From contig CM074518.1 of NCBI GenBank assembly GCA_037379345.1, positions 21,886,001-21,950,000 of the forward strand: 64,000 nucleotides of DNA, written 5' to 3'. Shown here in pieces: positions 52,006-64,000 of this stretch (position 1 is the stretch's first letter; each line of letters starts with the position of its first letter). This stretch comes from Perna viridis. Taxonomy: Eukaryota. The notes under the pieces are model-generated. The model saw only the letters and a list, made by a program, of their open reading frames with translations, searched no databases and was not told where the DNA came from. A program made the translations under genes and the position numbers.

Positions 52006-55000
52006 TTAATAGTTTAAAGTCTCAGTCAAAATCATCATAATACTAATTCATAATATCAAAATAAAAATATTAACAGGAGATGCATCTGATGATCATTTTT
52101 AATCAGAAATCTAATTTTTCCATCTTCACAAAAAATTAAGTAAATCAAATAACAAATTATATAACTGATTTCAACTTCTATTGCTATTTTCAACACTTTA
52201 TAATAAGTAGAACGTTCTGGGTGACCTACAAGACAGTAAAACAGGTCATTCATAAAAAAGTTTTGAAATCTCTGGTTAACCTATTAAAACATTAAAATAA
52301 AATTCTTCCATCATAAAAGACTCCAGTAAAAAAGACCTAACAAAATTCAACAAAAACTAATGGAAGAAAAGAAATCGGTGGGAAGACTAAACATTGGGAT
52401 CACTCACCCTCGTTCTTTGGTTACCTTACATACAAGGAAGCATCGAGATGCACAATAAACTTGCTTGTCATGTTAAATAACTCCATACCAAGTCATACAC
52501 TCACATTATCACATTATTTTCTTAGAACCGATTTCATTGACATTCCATTGTTTTACCTAACATAAAGTTACTATTATGCCAACGACAAGTAACTACTGTA
52601 CATATTATTTTTCATGCTTGCTACTTTTTTTGCGGATTCTGTCAAGTGAGCATATTTGCAGGTATCCATTTTCGCATTTTTAAAAAATGATATGGGTTAT
52701 ATAGTGTTAAATATCAATTTCGCTAGTAGTATTTTTTGCGCATTTCTGTCCACTGTGAATATTAATAGGTTTACATTATTCTCAAATTAAAATCAGGGAA
52801 AACCAACTTTGGAAATTCAATTTTTGAAACTGCATGAGTAAATATGGAATAAATAAAGTTCATAATCACACTTGACAACTGTAATATGAATGGAAACTTC
52901 TTAAATCAGGTTCAATTGCCAAATGCTATGTCAGAGAATAACTTCAACAAGTGTAGTGAAAGGCATTACAGAATAACAGTGGACACAAATAGCTTTTGGA
53001 CCATGAGTTATATATTTCAGAGGCTTCAAAACTATATCTTTAACTGTATAATTTTGCCAATGAAATTGACAATATATTGAATCAGAATTTTAAAAATCGT
53101 TGAAGTCCCAACGAAAATAACTATGTTGATTTCCACAATATTCACATACTACAAAGATTTCCATCTATGAACATTTTTTTCACGTAGAAGGGGGTCATAT
53201 TTCCTATTCCCTATTACAGATAAATTGACAAATGTATGACTTGGTATAGAGCAAACTAAGCTCCACACAGCAGCAGATGTTCCATCTTAAACAAACTACT
53301 GCAGACCAGCCTTTTGAAATTCTCCGACATTATTCAACTCAAAAGTCATTTGACAATTGAATAAAGTCACATCAACTCATTCACATGTTCCTAAGATTGG
53401 AAGATTTTTCTTCAGTCTGCAGCATCTGGAGAAAGTCTGGAGTTGAGAACAGACAGTATAGCAAACCAACTTCCTACTTCATCATATATACCTTAGCATT
53501 ATATAAGTACATGTACTGAAGTGATATTACACATTTTTTATCTTTTAAAACAAATAATTACATTTCAAAAATCAGTAAAGTATTAAAATTACTGTACAAC
53601 TAATTCATAAATATTCTGACAAAAATATTGACAATTCTTATATAAAACAACAACTATTCACAAAAAAAAATTAATTTACAGAGAAAAAAATATGTATCAG
53701 TGCCTTTTATTGTCCACAGTTGTATATATTACAGCAGATTTTTATTGGTATTAGGATTGATTTTACCATAGATAAAGAGTATTGCTGATTAAGGACGGGA
53801 AAGTTTCTTCTAAAATACATGTATACAGTTTAATACATAGAAAGCATTGACAACATGTCACAAATTCTTAAAAAATATATATTTTTGTTAAATTTGCATT
53901 CTAAATAATTGCTTTTTTGGAATGTTTCAAAAAGCAGCTTATAAAGGCCAATCTAACTGCAAATATAGGTACAATGTGCCACTATAAGATCTAGCTAACC
54001 TATTAAACTGGATTCTTCAAGAAATAGTTGGAAAAGTTTCCAAGGAGCACAGGAAAATGATGTTCCTAGTCAAAGGGAGATAATACATTAGAAAAAAAGA
54101 AATCTGCACTATTGTGGAGTAAGGTTTGGTAACACCAAGCAATAAAAATAAAAACAACAAAAACAACTAAAATATAACAATAACAAAATATACCTGAATT
54201 AAGAATATGATATGCAACTAATTGAGATCTTGCAATAAATCATATAAATTGATTATAATTTGGTTATAGTTGGTAAGTGGAATTATTTATATCAAAAGCA
54301 ACAATAAATGAAAATTGGGTACAATAATTTCTATGAAGGATATCAAAAATTTAGTTTCCAGAAAATCAAATTTTTGAAAAGATTTAATTAATAAGTTAGA
54401 CTGTGGCTCTTTTCCAGACTGAATAAAGCATTATGGGAAAAGTATCATTTGAACAGTCTCAATATAAGTATGTACAACTCTCTTTCCCAAAATTCTTTGT
54501 AAAACTTTGAACACAAAATGGCTACTAAAACAACTGAAACAAAACCAACAGGAATAAGCACATATATACAAACAAAACATTCATAAAGAAAAAAAAAGAA
54601 ATGTAGCATATTCAAAAAGGAATATAAAAATAACAAACATTAATGTAAAAAGATGGATTCAAAAAGTGAATTTCTCAACTGGTGCCATATAAACTAGGGA
54701 CTAGAGAGATTCTGCACCATTTGTTGTTGAACACTCTTTCAATTGCAAGAATTTTGTCAAAAAATAACAACACCCCCCAAATCTTTAATTTATTTAATGT
54801 TATAAAACTGGAAATGTGTGTTTGAAAAGTACAGAGGAACCTGTCTAAACTGAACTACATATGGACTTTAACATTTGCAAAAACCAGTTAGTTGGTGGCA
54901 CATGACAAATTTTGTTTTCAAAAAAATTTTCATCTATTTCATATCCCAAATAAAATCGTTCTCAAAGTTTGAATGTTGGTTTTCAAATAACTGTAACGGT

Positions 55001-58000
55001 TAATGAGAATTCAATTACATAGAAAGCATTGAAATTCATTGGTAAAGGGAGATAACTTTCATTTTGTGCAAAGTTTGTTTGCTTTCTTAGTGAACTGTCA
55101 AATTATTTTTTCAGCCATCCACTTTTGATTTTAAAAAATCTTTTTACTATTACACAAATGATATAAACATTACATTGGAACAAAAAACATCAGTGGGATA
55201 AAATTTACTGGTTTCTAAATGGTAAGTCACTTAAACTGGTAAAGAGGAATTTTAAAGTGTCTGGTAAAGACAGATTTCAAGGTGTCATGGCACATTCTTA
55301 AACTAATTTGAAAATAAAACTAGGAGATAAAATTCTTTTAAACTGAAGAAATATGGATATGACAAACATGGTTGGCTTGCTTTATGTGTTTTTATCAACA
55401 AAATTCTTGCAATAAAGTAAATGAACACATTCATTTTTGAACACATATTAGAATAAGAACACATGAGCTGTTTGAGGAAACAAAATCATAATACTGGTAA
55501 AATGTCTATACTAAAAATCATTAAAATAATAACCTAAAAAGTTCAGATTTGCTTGTGTTACACATATTTAGGATAAAAGGAACTTTTTTAATGTTTAATC
55601 CCTTAACAAAATTCTAGCAGTTCAAAATCTGACAAGATTGATTACAGTCTATTGTCAAGTAAAGTATATGTTACATTGCAGTAATTTTGTGACAGATAAA
55701 AATTTTATTCTAATTATAGGAAATTCAAAGGAAGCAGAAAAAAACATTTTATACATTGTGAAAGTAGCACCTACAAATAATTCCTAATTAAATGCATATT
55801 TCAGCACCTCCATGTTAAGATGATATAATGATGTATGCTGCCTCATTGTAGTTCTATTTTTAATGAAAGTTGGAAGGGTTGATGAAAAGATTAACTGCAA
55901 AATACTTCCTGGAGAACTCAAGGTTGTTATGTACAAATATTTGATGATGAAAACATTTTTAATTTACTGACAATATCACAATTATACCACTAAAGTAAAT
56001 ATTTTCAATGATGTAAGAACTAGTTAAAACTGGCACAAAATGTCATAACTGAAAACAAGTGATTTACAATGTTAACAGATGAAGCAGGATTGATCATTGG
56101 TTTCTTATTTCTATCTTAACATTTTTCATGTCCTTTTAGTTGGTGATATCTACTTGAAATTTCATTAAAATCCAATTAACAAGAACATTCCATATAAGAA
56201 TCTTTAGCACAAAATCAATTCCGGCATAATTCACTAAAATATATGCTGGAATGAAATAATTCACAAAAAATTCACCAGTTGATCCTTGTGAAAAATTGTT
56301 TCTAATATTCAAGACTGAATCATGCAAATTTGTTTCTAAGTTGAAAAGTAACTCCAGAAAATATTTTGCAGGTGACAAGTAAAGGCAATCACTCAAACAA
56401 TATCAGCTGGAATGTAAAGACTTGCTAAGGAGATGATGGCAAAATATTACCCTTAAGGCAAAAGGTTTTAAAGGGAGACAAAACATATACTGAAAGAAAA
56501 ACTTGAATAACATGGCACTTAAAGCAATCTTGCTTTTAGATATTCATTTCATCATATCCAGAATGTAATTATTGGTATCATGGTTTTTTATATAAATGTT
56601 TTAAACATAACTGTGCTATAGATCTACTCCATTTATGTAGGAATAAAGTGTCCTTTTAGACAGATTAATGGCAATGATAAGCTGATGTAAAACAAAAATA
56701 ACATAGGTTATGACATTCACCATGCAATACTGTTATATTACAAAGCCAGCAAAGTGGCATTGTTAGTTATTGTGTACACACACATCAATAATTACATCTG
56801 GATACAATATATTGAACTCTTTTTGACACAAAATTGATGTATAAAAAAACAACAAGTACTATCAGCAGTGGAATTCTCAAAGATTCTGGAAGATTTCTAA
56901 AATAAACTCAATGTATCAACAATTGGAATGTTGATAGCCAATCATTTGATTCAATAGTAAATAACATAGAAAAAAAAACAACCAATCAGAACTATTTTGA
57001 CAAAGGCTCTTAAATCTACAATGTATACATTTTTCTATATAAATCTACATGTTCCCCTTACAACATAGTCTGATCATATCTACTGTGCACCTCTTGGCAT
57101 ATATGACATACTTGATATATTAGTGGTTGCAAAAATCATTCAATAATTCAAATACTAATAAATATCCTTCAAAAGAAAAATAAAGAAGAAAAATATTTAT
57201 AAATATAAATTTGTGAGAGTGATAAAAAATACAAGTACAACATGGAAATTATTTTAAGTTGCATCAGTAAAATGTGTTTGAAATTTTAAATAAAAACGTT
57301 GCTACATTCAAAATATCTATAATAATGTCAGAAAAGCACATCATTAAAAATTTATGGAGATTATTGCATACAAATTACAAAGATGCTGCCTTCATCAAAT
57401 ATTTGTTGAAAAAATAAACGTCCATTATTCAAAGATTGAATTGGTCATATATGGAAAGAAGGACATAATGTTAAAGAACTGTATACATGTAATTAAACAT
57501 ATAATCCCTAAATTTAACAAAAATTCAAATAAAATCATAAATATGTAAAAGTTAGTGAACAGCAACTTAATTTGATGAAAAAATCAAGTGTTCATTTTAA
57601 TTACAAGAAAAAGGAATTTTTCACTATTTGAAGGTTAATTCTAATTGCAGTAACTAATGTAGATATGAAAGTATTTCCCACTACAGTTAACTCCGACAAG
57701 ATGTTAACATGGATTTTCTCAGGTTTATGATGAAGTGCACAGTATTTATGAATCAGTAAAAGAGGACATTTACAATATAAAATACTACTAGCACTAACTC
57801 ACAACAGCACTTTAACATCAATTAAACTATATTCTATTTCAGAAATCTTTTCTCTTCAAATAATACATGGAAGATTCCAGTCTGTTTTGAGAATCATGAA
57901 CATCTATATAAATGATAATTTTTCCTCCCAATTTCCTCAAAAGACTTGACATTGGAAGACTATTAACAAATCTATGGAAGCAACATACATACATGTATTT

Positions 58001-58924
58001 TGGCAACTAATATTGCTACATTGGTGAACAAACCATTTTAGTGGAAAAAGATTTCTGAAATAACTGTTAATAAATGGCTAATTAAGTACATTTCAAAATT
58101 GTTCATTTATAAATATGTTTACATCATAGTCATTCATAAATGTATATCCAGTCTTCATTTATAAATCTAAAGCACATGAATATATATAGTCTATTTATAT
58201 CTTGGGAAGTTCACAACCGTACAAGTACATATCATAATATAGTTCACAACAATTTAGTTAACAACCAACATACAGTCATAAAGATTAATCAAAATAACTT
58301 TGTTTATTACATAGGAATGTGATTAAAAATAAAGACATTTCAAAATATCTTTGGTTAAGTGGACGAACCAGCATTTTAATGTGGTGAAAAAAATATTGGA
58401 TGATGAGAAAATGACAATGATGATGTCGGTCTTCGACCAAATGAAAAAACACCAAAATGAATCTATACGGTTCTCCGTCACAATGTTAATTATATCATGA
58501 GATTTTCTGTAGCAGTATTTCCTCAGATTATATCAGAGTCTTTAAATTAATACGAATGGAAAGAACTAATGAGTTATGTAATTTCTGAGAATGACTACAA
58601 ATACAATATATCAGTGACTTCATGTCAAAATTCATTTCTAAAGAAATATTTAATTCCTATGAAGTATTCATAGTTTTTCAAAAATTAATATTTTGCCAAT
58701 GAGTGTTGTCATTACTTGGATAATTAAATTTCAAAAGGGACAAAACCAATACCTTTCTAAATGTATTCTGATATAGCCTAAGAAATATACCAACTACAGC
58801 ATGATGTTCAAGGCCTTGCCTATGGCACAAATTGATATGTGTGACCAATGTAATGAAAATTATTGCACTCAGCAATCCCTATGATAACAGGAGACAGACC
58901 ATCCTCCCTGCTACCATGACAACC

Positions 58925-59781
58925 TCAGTCACTCATTCCTTCATCTTGGATATTGCTTTGAATGACATCATGCAAGAGTTCATCAACCGAATCGCCTTCT
59001 GCACTGATGCCCTTCTCTTCAAAATTAAGGTTGGGTACCAGAATGCTCAGCATGCGCACAACATTGTGGCGTAACATCTTCAACTTTAAGGAGTGTGAAC
59101 AGTTCTCACATTCAGCTCTGTCTGAACATAAAGCTCCATTTCTTGCGATGTTATTACATTCAGAAGATGACTTGGATGGTTTTTTGGTGAGATCAATAGC
59201 ACCATGGTTTTCTTCATTTGTGATGTTGGCATTACTGATTTCTTGTAGTGGTCTTGGGATCTTCTGTGATACAAGAGACAATGGTTGATCTTCTTCCTGT
59301 GCTTGTGGTGGTGACATGTTCAAACCATTCTGGGTAAAAAATGGTGACATGTGACCATTCACCATACTGTTTGGACTAGATTTTGGCAGGTTTGCAAGAT
59401 GCTGCTGGGCCATTTGAGAAACAAAATCTTTTGGCGACATATTTTCTGACTTGACTGGAGAGTGCTGCTGTTGCCCTGGTGATGAGTGCATGCCCTGTTG
59501 TGGAGATGGCAACATCATTGGCAATGGAATGTTTGACTGTGGCATCAACAAGGATGGTGGACCTTGATTTGGTGGCACCATAGTAGGTGGGTTATTAATT
59601 TTATACATGTTGACATCAGGTGACATGTGTGTTAGATACCCCATTCCACGAGGAGACCTATTTCTCTTCTCTTTGATATAGTATGACATAATGCCATCAT
59701 GCTTGTTAATGATATGACTTTTCAGACTGTGACTCTGGCTGTACTGTACACCACATGCACCACAGATGTACGGACGCTCAC
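58925..59781 (-). CDS. C2H2 zinc-finger transcription factor, terminal coding exon (third finger + Pro/Gln/Ser-rich region)
   Basis: The acceptor tttag|GT GAG CGT CCG TAC completes the TGERPY linker. The finger CGACGVQYSQSHSLKSHIINKH runs into ORF 58925-59689. Confidence 0.9.
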
Positions 59782-60480
59782 CTAAAACAGAAATAAAACA
59801 TTACGCATTCTAATCTACTTGTTCATGTATCTTATATGCAGTATCTACCAGGGTGAAATTTAGGAAGTACAAGCTGGTAGCCCAGATCACATTTTTGTTT
59901 AATATTTTCTATTTGGATGGACACTCACCTGAAACAGAAATACAGCCTTATGTCCTCTAATCTACATGTTCACCTCTTGTATGCAGTATGTATTTCTTTT
60001 TATCTGTGTTTCAGGTCCAATTTTATTGTGCATAATTTAAGTTATCTCCCCTTAAGTAATAACGGCTTTTCTTTCTGTAGTTAATAACAAGACATACAAA
60101 AAGGTCAAAGTTCATTTCCTGATTTAAATTTCACTTTCATATATATCAATGGTTTCCTTACTCCAAGTTTCTGTACTAAATACATAAATTATCTAGAAAT
60201 TTAATCACAATTAAACATAAATCAAGATTAACTGGTAATGCAATTACATTCACTTAAGTCTAAACAAACAGAGGAAACCATGAATTGTGTCAAAATATCT
60301 ATGACAATTAAATTCAAATTAATGCTGTGATTTTTTGTGGTGTTGGAATTAAGGAGCAGTGACCAAGTTGGATTTCATACACTACAAACACAAAATGTAA
60401 AATTCATAAGCAATATTCTAATTGCATAAAAAATATTTAAAAATATTTATGAATACATAACTGTAAATAGCTTGACATAC

Positions 60481-61714
60481 CTGTATGTATGCGGAGATGA
60501 ACATACAAATTACTTTGGTGCTTTGTAGTATAAGGACAATGTGTGCATTTAAAATACATGTCACCATTTCCAGAGTCAGATTTTCTCCGAGTGGTCCCCT
60601 TCCCTTGGTGGGTGTTGTCTATGTGATTCTCTAAGTTTTTCTGACGACGGAATGTTCTTTCACAATACTGACATTTGAGATAGTCCTTCTCAGCAAGTTC
60701 TTGTGGTGAAGAAAATTTGTTTTTGTCCATGAATGGCATGACATTTGGCATCATATGGGGATCTATGGGCCCTGGTGGGAAAGGAAACATTGGAAGACCA
60801 CTAAATGCACCATGTATCCAGTTTCCATTTAGTTTTGGTGGAGTTGTGAAGTCAGCAGATTTTGAATTGGTCATTTCAGCAATTTTCTCTGCTATCTCCC
60901 TTTCTCTGTCACTGAAAATACTTCTGTTTTCTTGGTCTTCAATGCTTGCAGGAGACTTAGAATTACCATTCAGTTCAAAGGACTTTTCTGGAGTTTTTAG
61001 TCCTTCACAAAGACCATTCATTATTCTTTCATCATGATTGAATCGTTTGATGAGATTTTGGCAGACATCACCATCAACTTCATCATCACGATCAACTGAC
61101 ATTTTATTATCACAACCAGTTTTCATATCAATCATCAAGCCATTATGTCCGTGTTCATCATCTTCATCGCCATCACTTTCTCCACTATAGTACCCATTCT
61201 CCACTTCAGGCTTCAGGTGACGTACTATGTCTTCTAAGGTGGGTTTTCTACGAGATCTATTTTTGTCTGGTGTGCCTATTTGAGATTCAGTAGAGCTACA
61301 GTCCTGTTCCATAGGGTCTGAGTCCATAGCCTCCTCCGGACTAAGATTGGGAGGACTTGAGTTAGAATTTCTCTCTTGATAAACAGAGTCTTTTGGCACA
61401 TCAGGGAATTCAATCTGTGGTGGGTTGTCAGGACTTGGAGTCATAATACTTTCTGGTGGTAACAACTGCTTATAGCTTTGCTCAGAAGAGTCTTTTGATT
61501 CAGTCTCCATAACTTTATACTGAGAAGACTTGATTGATGGTTCTGTAATTACAGTACAGTGAGATTGTATATCAACAACCATTTTGGACGAAATGTCAAT
61601 TTCTGGCGGTGGGCTTGGTGCTAGATTCTTTGGACTTGTTGCATACGAAAATGTCTCACATTCCATTATAAAATGACATGTCAGCAGATAAGATTGACAT
61701 CTAGGCACATGGTC
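60481..61714 (-). CDS. C2H2 zinc-finger transcription factor, large exon with two fingers
   Basis: Acceptor tttcag| at 61714, with the frame open from the acceptor and the first ATG at 61666. Fingers CQYCERTFRRQKNLENHIDNTH and CTHCPYTTKHQSNLYVHLRIH. Donor ACA G|gtatgt, phase 1. Confidence 0.9.
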
Positions 61715-64000
61715 CTGAAAAAGAAAGAGAGAACATTTAGTTTATGTACAAAAAAAAACTGTATTGTTAACAATACTGTAAATATATCATTTGTATTTCC
61801 TGTACAGAATGCAAAAATAACTTCATTGGAAAGAATGAAGTTGCTATAGAAACAGCATCAATATAAAAGTACAATGCTAATCCATTTAACTGAGAAAAAA
61901 AAATGCATTAGCTGGTATATAAACATATATAACACTATATGCAGACAGAGACCCTACAATTGTATAGAATCCAGAGCTATGTCAAAACTTATTAGTGTAA
62001 TGTTAGGAGATATAAACATCATGAAAATGGAAAATATATGGAATATTTCCTTATAGGTGGTAATTCTATATAAGAATATATATATAAGGAAACATGCTAA
62101 CTGTTTCATTTTCTTGTTGACACAATGATAATGTATTATAGGTAGACCTTTTCACCATTTGTATTAGTAAGATGTATTTGGTTTCCTTATTTTCAAAAGT
62201 TTCTATACAATTGATCAGTGTATTTTCTGTTATATTCACAGTGATTAAAAAATCATGGTTGTTTATACTAACTTGGTACTTCCATATGAAGTATTAATGA
62301 GGGTTTCAGTTCACCAGAAAATCTACATGTCTCTATTGTTCTTAACACATTTCCATTAATCAATATAAACTAAACTAGAAGTGAGCAAAGATCACTAAGT
62401 ATACCCTCGCTCCAAACTCCAGTTACTAATTGTATACACGGTCACTATATTACTCCTGATAGGTATAATGATTATTACTATAAACCAACATCTTTATACA
62501 GGTGGCTTTCTTATTCTACTATAAATCAATATATCACTAAATCAAATGGAACTGGCTATAGAACCTTCATTTTCAGGTATCACAAAAAGTGTCACACAAG
62601 ACATACTGAAAGCAAAGAAGAAACTGAAAAAATACATACCCTAGAATGACACAGATATCACAGAGATAAAGCTATCACAAAAAGAAAACAATTCCCCAGA
62701 TCTCAATTTATGTTTCGATATTCAGTTCTGTGTGAAATTAAGAAAATCATTTTGTCATAATAAAGACTAATAATAGTTTCATTGGAAAGAATGAAGTGAA
62801 TTATGGTCAGAAATGATATCATCATCATCATGAGCAATACACCAGACAGACACCTCATCCATCAGAACTTATCAGAACTACTGGAATGAATCATTTGTAA
62901 GTATAGCAAAATCTACCCTGAAAAGTTTATTATTGGAAAAATATCTATTTTTAGAATTAATTGAATGTGTATATAGGTGTGTTGTTGATGACATAAAAAC
63001 ATGACAGTTTCAAAGTCACTTAAATTCCAAGTCAATTATAAAGAAATTTGATTTTTCTTTTAAAAAGCCATTTTAACTTAATAGAACCAATATTACTGTC
63101 AACCAAATGAATAAGTTCCATTCACTTTTAACATAATACAAAACACAGTTAAAAGTATAGATTTAACAATTCAATTAAGGAAAGAATTGATAAAATAGTA
63201 CTGGTTTCTGCAAAAAGGTGACAGAAATCAGAACACATCATTAACCTTGAACTATATGTGATATCTAGGATCTTAAAATTCAATTGACAGATGTTTACTG
63301 ATTACATTTTCCAAATGTTTTATAATTTCTATGTTATTAAAGTAAAAAAAAAATACGTTTTACTAACATGCATCACTCCTATAACTCCTACAATTATCGA
63401 TAAATCTGCAAGGAAAATCACAAATTCTATCTAAAATTCCAGTTCCCATTTAAATCATCTGTTTGACATTTTCTCCTTAATAACTTAGAATTTCATTATC
63501 CAATAAAAGCCATCACTCTTGAACTGACAGCTTGCAGCAATAATTAATAAAGCTCAGTTCAAATATCAACAAAGAGGTTTATCAAAAACATTTTTACTTA
63601 AACTTAGTCAAGAACTATTATAATGAAATTTATCTTGATTTGGTGCTGAAATGTAAAGCAAGTTAACTTAACAGCACTTTCTCGTTTAGTTTTCTGTGAA
63701 CCACTTTCTGTGAGGTACAAATTGTCACAATTGACTTGAATGAACAACCAGTTTGAACTCCCAACAAAATGTCATAATTCCTATGAAAACTTAGATACTA
63801 TGATGTTATTTGTGAATCAAAGTTCAAGTGATCTCGATTACCTCTGATAACTACAGAAAATAAATTGAAGAAGTTACAATAACATTCAAAAAATTACTTC
63901 AATTTTTGTAGACTTCTGAAAAAAAAAATATTGGGGAAAACTTCTTGTTGTCAAGGATGAAAAGTCATACATTACATTTTAACATAACTTGACCACTATG

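Noticed and set aside
49562-58875. Short ORFs (60-95 aa) in the AT-rich region
   Set aside because: Low-complexity composition, non-ATG starts, and no domains or coherent splice chain.

Overview
AT-rich, intron-containing animal genomic DNA; the repeat landscape looks bivalve-mollusc-like, but that is an inference. The centre of the window is a tandem, same-strand array of four intact two-exon Ro60 (TROVE + vWA) genes at 17117-20875, 22234-27751, 29488-32818 and 37771-41396. The short first exons of genes 2 and 3 are missing from the ORF track and were read by eye. Upstream lie an intact orphan first exon (7290-7543) and a decayed copy of it with its upstream region (~10511-10765). The two outer paralogs are canonical, with an intact MIDAS. 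The two inner paralogs have lost the MIDAS and the N-terminal segment but keep the RNA-binding helix. All first exons end in a split Arg codon (phase 2), so they are frame-compatible with every second exon, and most have kappaB-like motifs upstream. The left flank holds the 3' exons of a gene with Tyr motifs and a catalytically dead PTP-like domain. The right flank holds a convergent three-finger C2H2 zinc-finger gene. SINEs, MITEs, Penelope-like fragments, a decayed SWIM/Ulp1/PHD transposon and an internally deleted RT+RNase H LINE nested in a MITE fill the gaps. No Y RNA gene could be recognised.
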